Assembly: GCA_044450345.1 (NCBI GenBank)
Contig: JBIOIY010000031.1
Location: 1-36,166, forward strand
DNA length: 36,166 bases
Reading direction: 5' to 3'
Origin: Thermodesulfovibrionales bacterium
GTDB taxonomy: Bacteria > Nitrospirota > Thermodesulfovibrionia > Thermodesulfovibrionales > UBA6898
Both the position numbers and the translations under genes were made by a program. The notes below the pieces were generated by a model. The model ran no database searches, was not told the DNA's origin, and was given only the letters and a program-made list of their open reading frames with translations. Positions 26,948-36,166 of this stretch are shown piece after piece (within the stretch, counting starts at the first letter, position 1; every line of letters begins with the position of its first letter).

Positions 26948-27148
26948 ATGGCACAAGGAACTGTGAAGTGGTTTAACGACAGCAAAGGTTTTGGCTTTAT
27001 TACAAATGAAGACGGAAGTGAAGCGTTTGTCCACCATACGTCCATCCAGGGCAATGGCTTTAAAAGCCTTGCCGAAGGTGACAGGATCAGCTTTGATACT
27101 GAAAATGGTCCGAAAGGTCCTAAGGCGATAAACGTTGTCAAACTGTAG
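26948..27148 (+). CDS. Cold-shock protein (CspA family), second paralogue
   Basis: [39 protein letters not shown]. Confidence 0.97.
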   Translation: MAQGTVKWFNDSKGFGFITNEDGSEAFVHHTSIQGNGFKSLAEGDRISFDTENGPKGPKAINVVKL

Positions 27149-27156
27149 TTAACCGA

Positions 27157-27188
27157 ATGAGGCCCTTTTCTCGATAAAGGGGCTTCAT
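27157..27188 (+). terminator. 3' hairpin after the second csp
   Basis: ATGAGGCCCTTTT/AAAGGGGCTTCAT 13-bp stem with G-U pairs; no clear U tract. Confidence 0.5.
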
Positions 27189-27512
27189 CACTCGGAAGAC
27201 ATATGAACATAAACTGGCATAGCAGGAAGACTGCGGCAAGGACGGAAAGGATGTGGGAAAAGGGGATCTCGGTTGTGAGGGCGATGGTTCTTCAACAGGT
27301 CATTCAGGTATTGTTTATAAGGGTGCCATAAAATACGTTTAATCGTTGCCAATCAAACGCTTTGAAGTCGATGGGACTGTCGAGATCTGCGCATCACAAA
27401 AAACCGTATCCACCGACGCATGATGGTCCAAAGCACACGGACATCACGTTCAGGTCGGTCTCGTCTTTGTCTTAATATTAATTATAAAAAATATTACCTT
27501 TCGGGAGGAGTC

Positions 27513-28058
27513 ATGAAGATGAAAAAGCAGGACAAAAAGATTATGATAAAAGAAGCCGGCGGAAACAAGGCGGAAATTACCGGGAAAAATCAAACTGTGG
27601 GAAAACCTTTAAAAACCGAGAAACTTCTGGCGAAGAAACCCTTTGCTGAGAAAGCCAGAGCAGCGGAGAAACCCGCTGTCACCGAGAAACCCAAAACGGC
27701 TGCAAATTCTGCAGCCCGTGAAAATCCGAAAGCAGAACCCCCTGGGATCAAGAAAAAGTATCTTGAGGCGCGCAATATTTGCGAGGTCACATTCAGATTG
27801 CCTAGTGAGGCTTCACTCGGGGCCAGGAAGGTAAGCGTAGTCGGAGATTTTAATAACTGGGAGAAGGAGGCCACCCTTTTAACGAAGCAGGAAAACGGCG
27901 ACTTCATTATAGCACTCGAGCTCGATGCAGGGAAGGAATACCGTTTCCGCTATCTCATTGATGGCCAGCGGTGGGAAAATGACTGGCATGCGGACAAATA
28001 TGTCAAGGGTCCCTATGATGTCGAAGACTCGGTAGTATACGCATGCGTTGCCGGTTAA
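27513..28058 (+). CDS. CBM48 / isoamylase early-set domain protein with Lys/Ala/Pro-rich N-terminus
   Basis: CEVTFRLP..VSVVGDFNNW..YRFRYLIDGQRWENDWHADKY; start re-called after GGAGG (27513 or 27519). Confidence 0.85.
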   Translation: MKMKKQDKKIMIKEAGGNKAEITGKNQTVGKPLKTEKLLAKKPFAEKARAAEKPAVTEKPKTAANSAARENPKAEPPGIKKKYLEARNICEVTFRLPSEASLGARKVSVVGDFNNWEKEATLLTKQENGDFIIALELDAGKEYRFRYLIDGQRWENDWHADKYVKGPYDVEDSVVYACVAG

Positions 28059-28274
28059 AATGTAAAAATGTTCGCACATACAAGTACAAACCCCAGCCCT
28101 AAGAGGCGGGGCATTATGACACAGCCTAAGGCGGTGCAGGCAATGGCAAGTCAATGGCCAAAGGATAAGGGAGCGCCTTCGCGTCTCCCTTATAACCCTC
28201 TGTGTACCTGTAATCCGAGTAGACTTGAATTAACCAGAATGAATATCGTTTCATAATTACCCCCCTCCGGCTCC

Positions 28275-28290
28275 CGGCATGGAGAATGCG
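28275..28290 (+). promoter_or_regulatory. Candidate sigma54 promoter of the Pat-like gene
   Basis: CGGCATGGAGAATGCG has GG-N10-GC spacing; predicted TSS ~28301, just before the AAGGAG RBS. Confidence 0.4.
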
Positions 28291-28316
28291 CAGGGTAAGC
28301 GCAAGAAGGAGAAGAA

Positions 28317-31025
28317 ATGCTGATAACGAAATCAGACAAGCCAGAAGTGATGAGGGTAATACTCAAAGACGGCCAGACCTTCAAGGTGAGGCCCATAACA
28401 CCTGACGACAGAGGAAAGCTCAAGGACCTGTTCTACCGGCTGAGTCCCCAGACGCGTTACTTCCGATTCGGGTACGCGAAAGACCATATCAGTGACCAGG
28501 AACTTTCCCACTTTACAGAGGTGGACCCGCCCGCCATGTACGCATATGCCGGACTGACCGGCGAAGGCGAAGACGAAAAGATCAGGGCCATCGGCCGGTG
28601 GTTCCTCACTGCCGAGAAGAGGACTGCAGAGATAGCCTTTGTTGTTGAAGACAATGTACAGGCCAGGGGCATCGGCACCGCACTGCTTGAGATACTCGCG
28701 GAAACCGCCTTTACGTACAGGATAAATAAGTTTGTTGCCCAGGTCCTTCGCGAGAATACGCGCATGCTCAGAGTATTCGAGGAGAGCGGCTTTATCATGA
28801 CCAAGAGGGTTCATGAGGGCGATTACGAGTTAACCTTCGATCTCGATCAGCAGGAGGAGTTCTCGAAACGTCAGGCCTTCCGGGAGCATATCGCCCGTTC
28901 GGCCGGAATGCGCAGGATGCTGTACCCTAAGAGCATCGCCGTGATCGGCGCATCCCGTGATCCCGAAAGTGTGGGTGGAAAGGTGTTCCGCAATCTCCTT
29001 TACAACAATTTCGGCGGCACGATTTTCCCCGTCAATCCGAGGGCGGCGGCGATAAACGGTGTCATGTGCTATCCGTCGGTGACTGGCATACCCGGAGATG
29101 TTGACCTCGCGGTAATAGTGGTACCGGCAAAAAGAGTTCTCGATGTGGTCGAAGAATGCGGCAAAAAGGGCGCCTGGGGTGTTGTCATAATATCCGCAGG
29201 GTTTGGTGAGAGCGGTCCGGAGGGCAAGGAAAGACAGAGGCTTCTAAGGGAAAAAGTCCTTTCCTTCGGGATGAGGTGCGTCGGGCCCAATTGCCTCGGT
29301 ATTCTGAATACCGACCCGGAGGTGAACCTTAACGCTACGTTTGCGCCTATGACCCCGCCGCGCGGAAACCTGAGCATCGGTTCGCACAGCGGCGCTCTCG
29401 GCCTGGCGCTGCTCGATTATGCGAAGAGCAACAACCTTGGCATAGCGCATTTTGTGAGTCTCGGCAACCGCATTGATATCTCCTCCAATGACCTCCTGGA
29501 GTTCTGGGAGGACGACGCGAATACCAGAGTCATCCTTCTCTATCTCGAGAGCTTCGGCAATGTCCGGAAGTTCAGCCGGATCGCACGTCGCGTCTCGCGC
29601 AAAAAACCGATCATCGCGGTGAAGTCGGGCCGGAGCGATGTGGGGGGCCGGGCCGCAAGCTCCCACACAGGCGCGCTCGTTGTGTCCGACGTGGCTGTGG
29701 ATGCACTTTTCAGGCAGGCGGGCGTGATCAGGGTCAATACGATCGAAGAGATGTTCAACGTCGCAAAGTTACTGGCCCATCAGCCACTCCCGCAGGGTCC
29801 CAGAGTGGCGATACTTACGAACGCAGGAGGTCCCGGCGTTCTTGCTGCCGACGCCGCAGTCGGCTGGGGCTTGTCCGTACCAACGCTTTCGGAAGAAACC
29901 CGAAGAAAGTTATCCGCGATCCTGCCGGAAGAGGCGGCGCTCGCGAATCCCGTTGATATGATCTCCTCCGCGCCCGGAGAGCAGTTCGAAAAATCCCTCA
30001 GAGTATTGCTCGAAGACCCTGATGTCGATGCGGTAATTGTGATCAATATCCCGATCAGACAGCCTGAAGAAATAGCGGCGGGCATCAAGAAGGCGATGGT
30101 GGAGTATAAGGGAGAAAAGCCTGTGCTTGCCTGCTTCATGATGTCCGAGGCTTCAGGTGTCAACCTCCGTTATGAGAGCGATGCTCTCGTGCCCGTTTAT
30201 AAGTTCCCTGAAGAGGCAGTGCAGGCCCTGGCGCTCGCCTGGCCTTATTCCCTGCACAGACATTGTGAAGAAGGACAGATCGTGGTATTTCCCGATATCG
30301 ATGATGAGAGGGCGCGGAAATATCTCTACACCTCCGGAGCGCTTCAAAAGGAAGGAGGCTGGCTGGCCCCGGACGTGGCAATAGGACTTTTGAAAGAGTA
30401 CGGAATACCCACCGTGGACACGAAAGCCGCCTTCGGTCCCGAAGAGGCTGCAGAGGCTGCGCGGGAGATGGGGTTTCCAGTGGTGATGAAACTGCGCTCC
30501 ACTTCGATCACCCACAAGACCGATGTCGGCGGCGTCGTACTCAATTTGAAGAATGAAGAAGAAGTGAAGAGGGCATTCCTGGGGATGGAAGCACGACTGA
30601 AGTCGTCGGGGCACAGTTCCGGGATGGAGGGTGTGATTCTGCAGCCTATGCTGAAAGGCGGCCAGGAAGTCATCATCGGGATGTCCCAGTATCCTGTATT
30701 CGGAACCCTGTTGATGGTGGGGATCGGCGGCGTGCAGGTGGAGCTTATCAAGGATGTTGCTTTTTCCCTCCACCCGCTCACAGACAGGGACCCCGACTAT
30801 ATGCTCGGACAACTCAAAGGCCTGCCATTACTGAAGGGATGGAGGGGAAGCAGCCCGAAAGACATCGCGTCACTGAAAGAAGTGCTTCTTCGTTTCTCAA
30901 CGCTCATCGATGACTTTACGGAGATCGCCGAGATGGAGATAAACCCGCTCATGGTCTTCGACAGCGGAAAAGGATCTGCGGTTGTGGATGCCCGCATACT
31001 GTTCAAGACACAGACAAATAAATAA
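28317..31025 (+). CDS. GNAT + NDP-forming acyl-CoA synthetase (CoA-binding, ligase, ATP-grasp) fusion; Pat-type protein lysine acetyltransferase
   Basis: N-terminal GNAT (LSPQTRYFRF, AEIAFVVED..QARGIGT), PKSIAVIGAS, GPNCLG, SSHTGAL, NAGGPG, HKTDVGGV, EINPL. Confidence 0.9.
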   Translation: MLITKSDKPEVMRVILKDGQTFKVRPITPDDRGKLKDLFYRLSPQTRYFRFGYAKDHISDQELSHFTEVDPPAMYAYAGLTGEGEDEKIRAIGRWFLTAEKRTAEIAFVVEDNVQARGIGTALLEILAETAFTYRINKFVAQVLRENTRMLRVFEESGFIMTKRVHEGDYELTFDLDQQEEFSKRQAFREHIARSAGMRRMLYPKSIAVIGASRDPESVGGKVFRNLLYNNFGGTIFPVNPRAAAINGVMCYPSVTGIPGDVDLAVIVVPAKRVLDVVEECGKKGAWGVVIISAGFGESGPEGKERQRLLREKVLSFGMRCVGPNCLGILNTDPEVNLNATFAPMTPPRGNLSIGSHSGALGLALLDYAKSNNLGIAHFVSLGNRIDISSNDLLEFWEDDANTRVILLYLESFGNVRKFSRIARRVSRKKPIIAVKSGRSDVGGRAASSHTGALVVSDVAVDALFRQAGVIRVNTIEEMFNVAKLLAHQPLPQGPRVAILTNAGGPGVLAADAAVGWGLSVPTLSEETRRKLSAILPEEAALANPVDMISSAPGEQFEKSLRVLLEDPDVDAVIVINIPIRQPEEIAAGIKKAMVEYKGEKPVLACFMMSEASGVNLRYESDALVPVYKFPEEAVQALALAWPYSLHRHCEEGQIVVFPDIDDERARKYLYTSGALQKEGGWLAPDVAIGLLKEYGIPTVDTKAAFGPEEAAEAAREMGFPVVMKLRSTSITHKTDVGGVVLNLKNEEEVKRAFLGMEARLKSSGHSSGMEGVILQPMLKGGQEVIIGMSQYPVFGTLLMVGIGGVQVELIKDVAFSLHPLTDRDPDYMLGQLKGLPLLKGWRGSSPKDIASLKEVLLRFSTLIDDFTEIAEMEINPLMVFDSGKGSAVVDARILFKTQTNK

Positions 31026-31203
31026 TGCGGGAGGGGGGCAATAATGCAGGTTGACAATAATTAAGAAAATTTAATAAACTTCATTCCCGTGTTGCATTTC
31101 TTATTGCTCTGAAGAGAGAGATAATTCAAGTTTTATACTTATCGGTCAACAGTTGGGGATATATCACCATGAAAAAGGAATCTTCTAGCAGAAGCTTGCT
31201 GAC

Positions 31204-34200
31204 ATGAAAGCGCGTTATATAATTGCCATACTCTTTTTCGCAGTACTGCTCACCTGCAGCATCGTCTTTGCCCTCGAACCACCAAATCCGAGCGAGATTG
31301 AGCGTCTCCGACAAACAGGGGAATTACCCGCCCGTCTGGAACAGGCCAAGGCTATCGGCAACAACCTGATTGACTCGTACCGTCTCGAACTGGCCATTGC
31401 CAAGGCTAAACGCGAGGCACTCACTCAACATGGTTTTTCCGCAGACATGATTGATTTGGCTAATCCTTTGCCGACGCCGCCACAAGCCTGGAGAGGAATG
31501 CCGACCACTGGCACTGTAAAGATGTTTGCCCTTCTCATTGATTTTTCCGACTGCCCGCATTATAACTCTCGCGCCGGCATCAACTCGGCCTTGTTCGGCG
31601 ACGGAAGCCTTATCCCGGACAATACCTTTCCCTACGAAAGCCTTGCGTCTTACTACGGGCGCTCATCGTACGATCAGCTTGACCTTTCTCATGGAGTGAC
31701 ACTCGGCTGGTATCGTCCGGCATATACCCGCGCTTCCATGCCCATGACCGACGCAGCTCGTGAGAGTCTCATCAAAGAGGCAATCAGCCATTTCAAAGGG
31801 CTGGGACAAGACTTTTCCCAGTTCGATAACAACGGGGACGGGACTATTGATTATTTCGCTGTAATCTGGACCGGGCCGGACAACGGCTGGGCGAATTTCT
31901 GGTGGGGACAATGTTTCAGTCGATTCCTTGACCCCACCTTCACTGTGGACGGCAAAAAACTCGGCAGGTATTCCTGGCAGTGGGAATATAATAACGGGGG
32001 CTATTCGGGGCCATTTTCACCACGTACGATCATCCATGAAACGGGACATGCCCTTGGGGTGCCAGATTATTACGACTATGACGATACTGTCGGACCTAAG
32101 GGCGGGGTTGGCGGGCTCGACATAATGGATGCGGTTTGGGGGGATCACAACAGCTTCAGTAAGTGGGTGCTCGACTGGCTGTCTCCCACAGTGGTTGCCA
32201 GCGGGACTCGGAGTCTTACCCTCAATCCTTCCGGCGTCTCCAAGGATGCTGTGCTCATCATGCCGGGAGCATCAGCCGGAGACCCTTTCAGGGAATTCTT
32301 CATTGCTCAGAACAGGTACCGTATCGGCAACGATATTTATTACCCCGCCGACGGCATGCTGCTTTGGCACGTGGATGCCACGCTGGACGCGAGCGGGACT
32401 AATTATCTCTACGACAACTCCAACACAACCTACAAGCTCTTAAAGCTCATGCAGGCAGACGGTCTTGACCGGATAGAAAACTTCTCCGCGGTAGCCGATG
32501 CTGCCATGTACTACAAACCGGGTAATTCTCTCAGCCCTTTCTCAACTCCATCGAATAGGGACTATCATGGCGTGGACACACGGGTCATCGTAACCGGCAT
32601 TTCTGAGCCTGGCCAACAGATGTCAGCCACATTTGCAGTGGCAAATACCAACAAAATTCTGAATGTTTCGAAGGCGGGAACTGGCAGCGGAACTGTCACC
32701 GGCCTGCCGGCAGGTATTGCCTGTGGTGCGGCATGTGTCGAATCTGTTGGCGTCGGTTCCATTATTACCCTTTCTGCAACGCCTGATGATGGCTCTCAAT
32801 TCATCTGCTGGCAGGGCTGGGGATGCCCCGGCACAGGAAGTTGCGTTGTCGCTATGCGGGACGATGTGAAAGTTACCGCAAGATTTTACTGGCCGGCAGT
32901 CCTGCATGAGAACTTCGATGCGGAAATTCTTCCGGCTGACTGGACATGGCAGGACAATGCGAGCGGCGGCTGGTGGTGGTTCATGGATGAAGATGGTTAT
33001 GGTAACACCGGAGGGAGCGGTGGATATGCGCTCGGCGCATCGTACGCCGCTGGCGACCCGAACTTCGACATCGAATTGAGAAGCGTAACCCTGGATTTAA
33101 GTACTTACAGTACCATCGGTCTGGAGTTCAAGACGGACATACGGGGTTCAACCGCCGATGTCGATGTGAGCGTTACGGGAGCAACCGGTCCCTGGACAAA
33201 TGTGTGGAGAAGGACAACACCCTTACCTGGACCGGCTACCGTCAACGTCGATCTTTCTGCCTTGGCAGCAGGCCACAGCGACGTCATGCTCCGCTTTCAT
33301 CACTACGGGAGCTCAGTATGGTGGCTCCTGGACGACGTAAAGGTCACTGCCGGACCGGCCCCAAAGAATTTGACAATTACGTCATCAAATCCCGACAGCG
33401 GCGTGGACATCACCTATAGTCCAGCCAATCCCTGTGGACATGGAGGTGGGACGACTCCGTGGACAACAGGGTTCAGCGGCAATACATATGTCACACTGAC
33501 AGCACCATCAACCGCAGGCGGGAATAACTTCAGCAGTTGGAGTGGCTGCGACTCTTGGTCAGGGACTACATGCTACGTGACCATGAACGCAAGTAAAACT
33601 GTAATCGCTAACTATATTACGTCATCGATATCTCTCACCATATCAACTTCACCTTCAGGCAGGCGGATAACAGTAGATGGGTTAGACTATACAGCTCCTC
33701 ATGAGTACCGCTGGATGGTAGGTTCAAGCCATACGATAGGGGTTACCTCGCCGCAAAGTGGAGATTCCGGAATACAGTATGTCTACTCCTCTTGGAGCGA
33801 CGTAGGTGCGCCGACGCATGCAATCACCACCCCTTCCTCAGCCTCAACATATACTGCCAACTTTACAGTGCAGTATCAGTTGACCACTTCCGTGAATCAG
33901 ACCAGTTTAGGAAGCGTAAGCCCTGACTGCTCAGGTGGCTGCTGGTATAACAGTGCCGCTTCAGTGAGTTTGTTCGCAACCCCCTCAGACGGTAACACTT
34001 TCATCTCATGGTCGGGAGACATTAGCTCACTGAATGTCCCGCTCTCATTTACCATGGACGGTCCAAAAAACATAACAGCCAATTACGACTCGGCTGCTGT
34101 AACCGATACGGTAAGAATCGTGGGGTCGCCCCCTGCGTATTTCCACTCTATCACCACAGCCTATGGCGCTGCTGTCAATAAAGATGTCATCCAGATGCAA

Positions 34201-34377
34201 GCGACGTCATACGGCGGGGCACTTGCGTTCAATCGCACTGATATCCATGGCCTATCCGTAACGCTCAAAGGCGGATATAACGCCACATATTCAGATAACA
34301 CTGGGAAAACAACCGTCGGCAGTCCCTTGACAATCCAGAGTGGGACGATCATAGTCGATAATATTGGTATCCAATAA
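31204..34377 (+). CDS. Secreted M6 (immune inhibitor A) family metalloprotease with beta-sandwich repeats
   Basis: Signal peptide, LLIDFSD, FDNNGDGTID, HETGHALGVPDYYD zinc motif, LLWHVD; InlB-B-like repeats (GTGSGTV..FxxWxG) and a distinct C-terminal domain. Confidence 0.9.
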   Translation: MKARYIIAILFFAVLLTCSIVFALEPPNPSEIERLRQTGELPARLEQAKAIGNNLIDSYRLELAIAKAKREALTQHGFSADMIDLANPLPTPPQAWRGMPTTGTVKMFALLIDFSDCPHYNSRAGINSALFGDGSLIPDNTFPYESLASYYGRSSYDQLDLSHGVTLGWYRPAYTRASMPMTDAARESLIKEAISHFKGLGQDFSQFDNNGDGTIDYFAVIWTGPDNGWANFWWGQCFSRFLDPTFTVDGKKLGRYSWQWEYNNGGYSGPFSPRTIIHETGHALGVPDYYDYDDTVGPKGGVGGLDIMDAVWGDHNSFSKWVLDWLSPTVVASGTRSLTLNPSGVSKDAVLIMPGASAGDPFREFFIAQNRYRIGNDIYYPADGMLLWHVDATLDASGTNYLYDNSNTTYKLLKLMQADGLDRIENFSAVADAAMYYKPGNSLSPFSTPSNRDYHGVDTRVIVTGISEPGQQMSATFAVANTNKILNVSKAGTGSGTVTGLPAGIACGAACVESVGVGSIITLSATPDDGSQFICWQGWGCPGTGSCVVAMRDDVKVTARFYWPAVLHENFDAEILPADWTWQDNASGGWWWFMDEDGYGNTGGSGGYALGASYAAGDPNFDIELRSVTLDLSTYSTIGLEFKTDIRGSTADVDVSVTGATGPWTNVWRRTTPLPGPATVNVDLSALAAGHSDVMLRFHHYGSSVWWLLDDVKVTAGPAPKNLTITSSNPDSGVDITYSPANPCGHGGGTTPWTTGFSGNTYVTLTAPSTAGGNNFSSWSGCDSWSGTTCYVTMNASKTVIANYITSSISLTISTSPSGRRITVDGLDYTAPHEYRWMVGSSHTIGVTSPQSGDSGIQYVYSSWSDVGAPTHAITTPSSASTYTANFTVQYQLTTSVNQTSLGSVSPDCSGGCWYNSAASVSLFATPSDGNTFISWSGDISSLNVPLSFTMDGPKNITANYDSAAVTDTVRIVGSPPAYFHSITTAYGAAVNKDVIQMQATSYGGALAFNRTDIHGLSVTLKGGYNATYSDNTGKTTVGSPLTIQSGTIIVDNIGIQ

Positions 34378-34430
34378 AAAAGGTTCGCTTCCCTTTGTCC
34401 AGTGATCCTGCGGCCGTAATTGTAAGCCCG

Positions 34431-35813
34431 TTAAATATTCGAAGGTAAGTACCCGATCCTGAGACAGCCCCAGTGTTTTTTCATAACCGTTATAGGGCAG
34501 GAAATATCGACCACGAGCTCGCCGCCGGCCTCAACCGGCCTTCTGAAGGCCTGGCCGATGATGCCCGCGGATTGAGCGCCGCGCTGCGACACCGTGTCTT
34601 TCATGATCACACCCGCTCGCTCGGGTTTGACGTGCGTCGGCATAAATCCCTTGCGGTCCATTACGACGACGTAAATAATGCTCCGGTTCGCCGAGGACCA
34701 CTCCTTTAGCTTTGGAAGGATTACGCTGCTGAAATATCCTGTGGCCCTGTTCCTGTGCTTGATCCCATCATCTGAAAGGTATTTTTCGTCAAAAAGATCT
34801 TCCGTCATGATCCGGCCGCCGGCGACGTCAGCGGCAAGCTTTTCCTGAAATTCCCGGGCTGTGGCAATAAGGAGACTCTCAATAGTCCGGTCTACCTCAT
34901 TGAGCCTGAATGCGCAAAGCCGTGAGTAGATGTCCATAGCGCTCCGGGCCACAGCCTCCCCTGACTGGGCGATGCGCTCTGCAACCACCCGGGCGTTGTT
35001 CGAGTGGGTCGAAACTGAATCCATGCTTGAGGAGACTTCCCCGGCGATCCGTGACGCTTTCAAAGCGATCTGCCGAAGCGACTCGTCCGTAGCGTGGGCC
35101 TTCTCAATGCTTTCCGCCACAACTGAGAGAGTATCCTTCATATTCACAAGCGAGTCGTCCGCCTTTTCCTCGATCTGTTTGAGAGTGCCGGCAATCTCCT
35201 CGATATACTGTGCTGTCCTGTCCGCAAGTTTTTTGAGCTCTGCGGCTACGACCGCAAACCCCCTTCCCTTATCTCCCGCGTTTGCCGCCTCGATTGCGGC
35301 GTTCAGCGCAAGAAGGTTCGTCTGATCCGCGAGATCGTCAATGACATCGATGAAACCCGAGATCTCCTTAGCTCCCTGGGACAAAGCCTTGTTCGTTTCG
35401 GCCCACGAGGATATTCTCAAGGACAGCTTTTTGATGCTTTCCAGTGACGAATCGGTCTTCCGGAGGGAATCGGCGCCGCTCGCACTTGCGTCTGCGCGGC
35501 CGGCATTGATCTTCCTCGCAATCTCGGCCACCGCAGTTGTCATTTCGTTCATGGACGCCGAAACCTGAGTGGAAAGGTTTTTCGTCTGATCAGCCGCGTT
35601 AACCATCTCGGAGGCATCTTTTTTCACGGTGTCGGATATTCGGGTCTGCTCAAGGCCCTGCTCGAACAGGTAATTAAGGGCAGCGCCGACTTCGCTCAGA
35701 AGATCGTTTACGTCGGACGTCGTCTTCTCCTGTCCGGGCGCGATGATTCCCTTTATCCGAAGTTCGAGGTCAGGCCTTCCGTGAATCTGTTCCGGATGTT
35801 CTGCTTGGTCCAT
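34431..35813 (-). CDS. Cytoplasmic methyl-accepting chemotaxis protein with C-terminal domain
   Basis: [32 protein letters not shown] hairpin; no TM helices; start re-called at ATG 35813 after GAGGAGG. Confidence 0.9.
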   Translation of the reverse strand: MDQAEHPEQIHGRPDLELRIKGIIAPGQEKTTSDVNDLLSEVGAALNYLFEQGLEQTRISDTVKKDASEMVNAADQTKNLSTQVSASMNEMTTAVAEIARKINAGRADASASGADSLRKTDSSLESIKKLSLRISSWAETNKALSQGAKEISGFIDVIDDLADQTNLLALNAAIEAANAGDKGRGFAVVAAELKKLADRTAQYIEEIAGTLKQIEEKADDSLVNMKDTLSVVAESIEKAHATDESLRQIALKASRIAGEVSSSMDSVSTHSNNARVVAERIAQSGEAVARSAMDIYSRLCAFRLNEVDRTIESLLIATAREFQEKLAADVAGGRIMTEDLFDEKYLSDDGIKHRNRATGYFSSVILPKLKEWSSANRSIIYVVVMDRKGFMPTHVKPERAGVIMKDTVSQRGAQSAGIIGQAFRRPVEAGGELVVDISCPITVMKKHWGCLRIGYLPSNI

Positions 35814-36045
35814 TTCTTTCCTCCTCAACCGTGATCCCTTATGCTAACCCGATCATATGGCCAAAGTAAAATGATCTGAAGAACAGAATCGGGGACCCTG
35901 GGCAGCATAGCGGGTCCTCACGGCGTGAAACAAGAATATCCGGATTTTGGGCAGAAATGTCGGATTAGTGTATACTTTTAGAAACGTACGTTCTGAAAAT
36001 ATAGGAATTCAGACTCTGAATCCGCACACAGTAAGGAGAACATCG

Positions 36046-36166
36046 ATGACAGAAAAGGATAAGAAAGTTGCAAAGAAGGGATCCCCTAACCCGGCATTTA
36101 TGAAGGCCATGAAACCCAGCGAGGCGCTGGCGAAGATAGTGGGGAATGAACCGCTTCCAAGGACAG
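36046..36166 (+). CDS. SWIB/MDM2 domain protein (partial, runs off the window)
   Basis: AAGGAG RBS, then MTEKDKKVAKKGSPNPAFMKAMKPSEALAKIVGNEPLPRT, matching the start of stand-alone bacterial SWIB proteins; not in the ORF track. Confidence 0.8.
   Translation, partial: MTEKDKKVAKKGSPNPAFMKAMKPSEALAKIVGNEPLPRT

Noticed and set aside
28083..28155. c-di-GMP-I riboswitch-like pieces (CAAACC, CCTAAG..ATGG)
   Set aside because: It lacks the GNRA P2 loop and the GCAAA/GUAAA junction, and the tetraloop receptor stem does not pair properly.
1..36166. CRISPR arrays, tRNA/rRNA genes, IS transposases, defence systems
   Set aside because: No regularly spaced repeats, cloverleaf or T-loop signatures, or transposase/defence motifs were seen by eye.

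Overview
This looks like bacterial chromosome. Gene content and protein style suggest Nitrospirota (Thermodesulfovibrionia-like) or a related deltaproteobacterial-type anaerobe, which is an inference. The window opens in the 3' end of a group II intron (RT C-terminus, domains V and VI) that interrupts a response-regulator receiver gene. Next come iscS/nifS and a PAS-GGDEF-EAL gene. A long minus-strand housekeeping block follows: lipoprotein, Zn-ribbon/TM protein, rsmB, PASTA, rpe, TPR, pgsA-like, DUF512 radical SAM, aroE and lptCAB-rpoN-hpf-rapZ. A plus-strand block then carries def-fmt-DUF116, a MoeA-like gene, csp and lipA-alaC-hom. The right third is more accessory: a small secreted protein, a BBE-type FAD oxidase, a second csp, a CBM48 protein, a Pat-type GNAT/acyl-CoA synthetase, an M6 metalloprotease, a soluble MCP and a partial SWIB gene. 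The best non-coding signal is an unannotated, separately promoted ~270-nt minus-strand RNA after hom. It is a 6S-like rod outside the usual zapA/ygfA context, with an extra 77-nt GNRA-capped hairpin. Also notable are a sigma54 site abutting the sigma70 promoter of the rpoN operon, several leaderless or near-leaderless genes, nested REP palindromes, and repeat-derived in-frame insertions in the MoeA-like gene. All folds and family assignments were made by eye, without computation.
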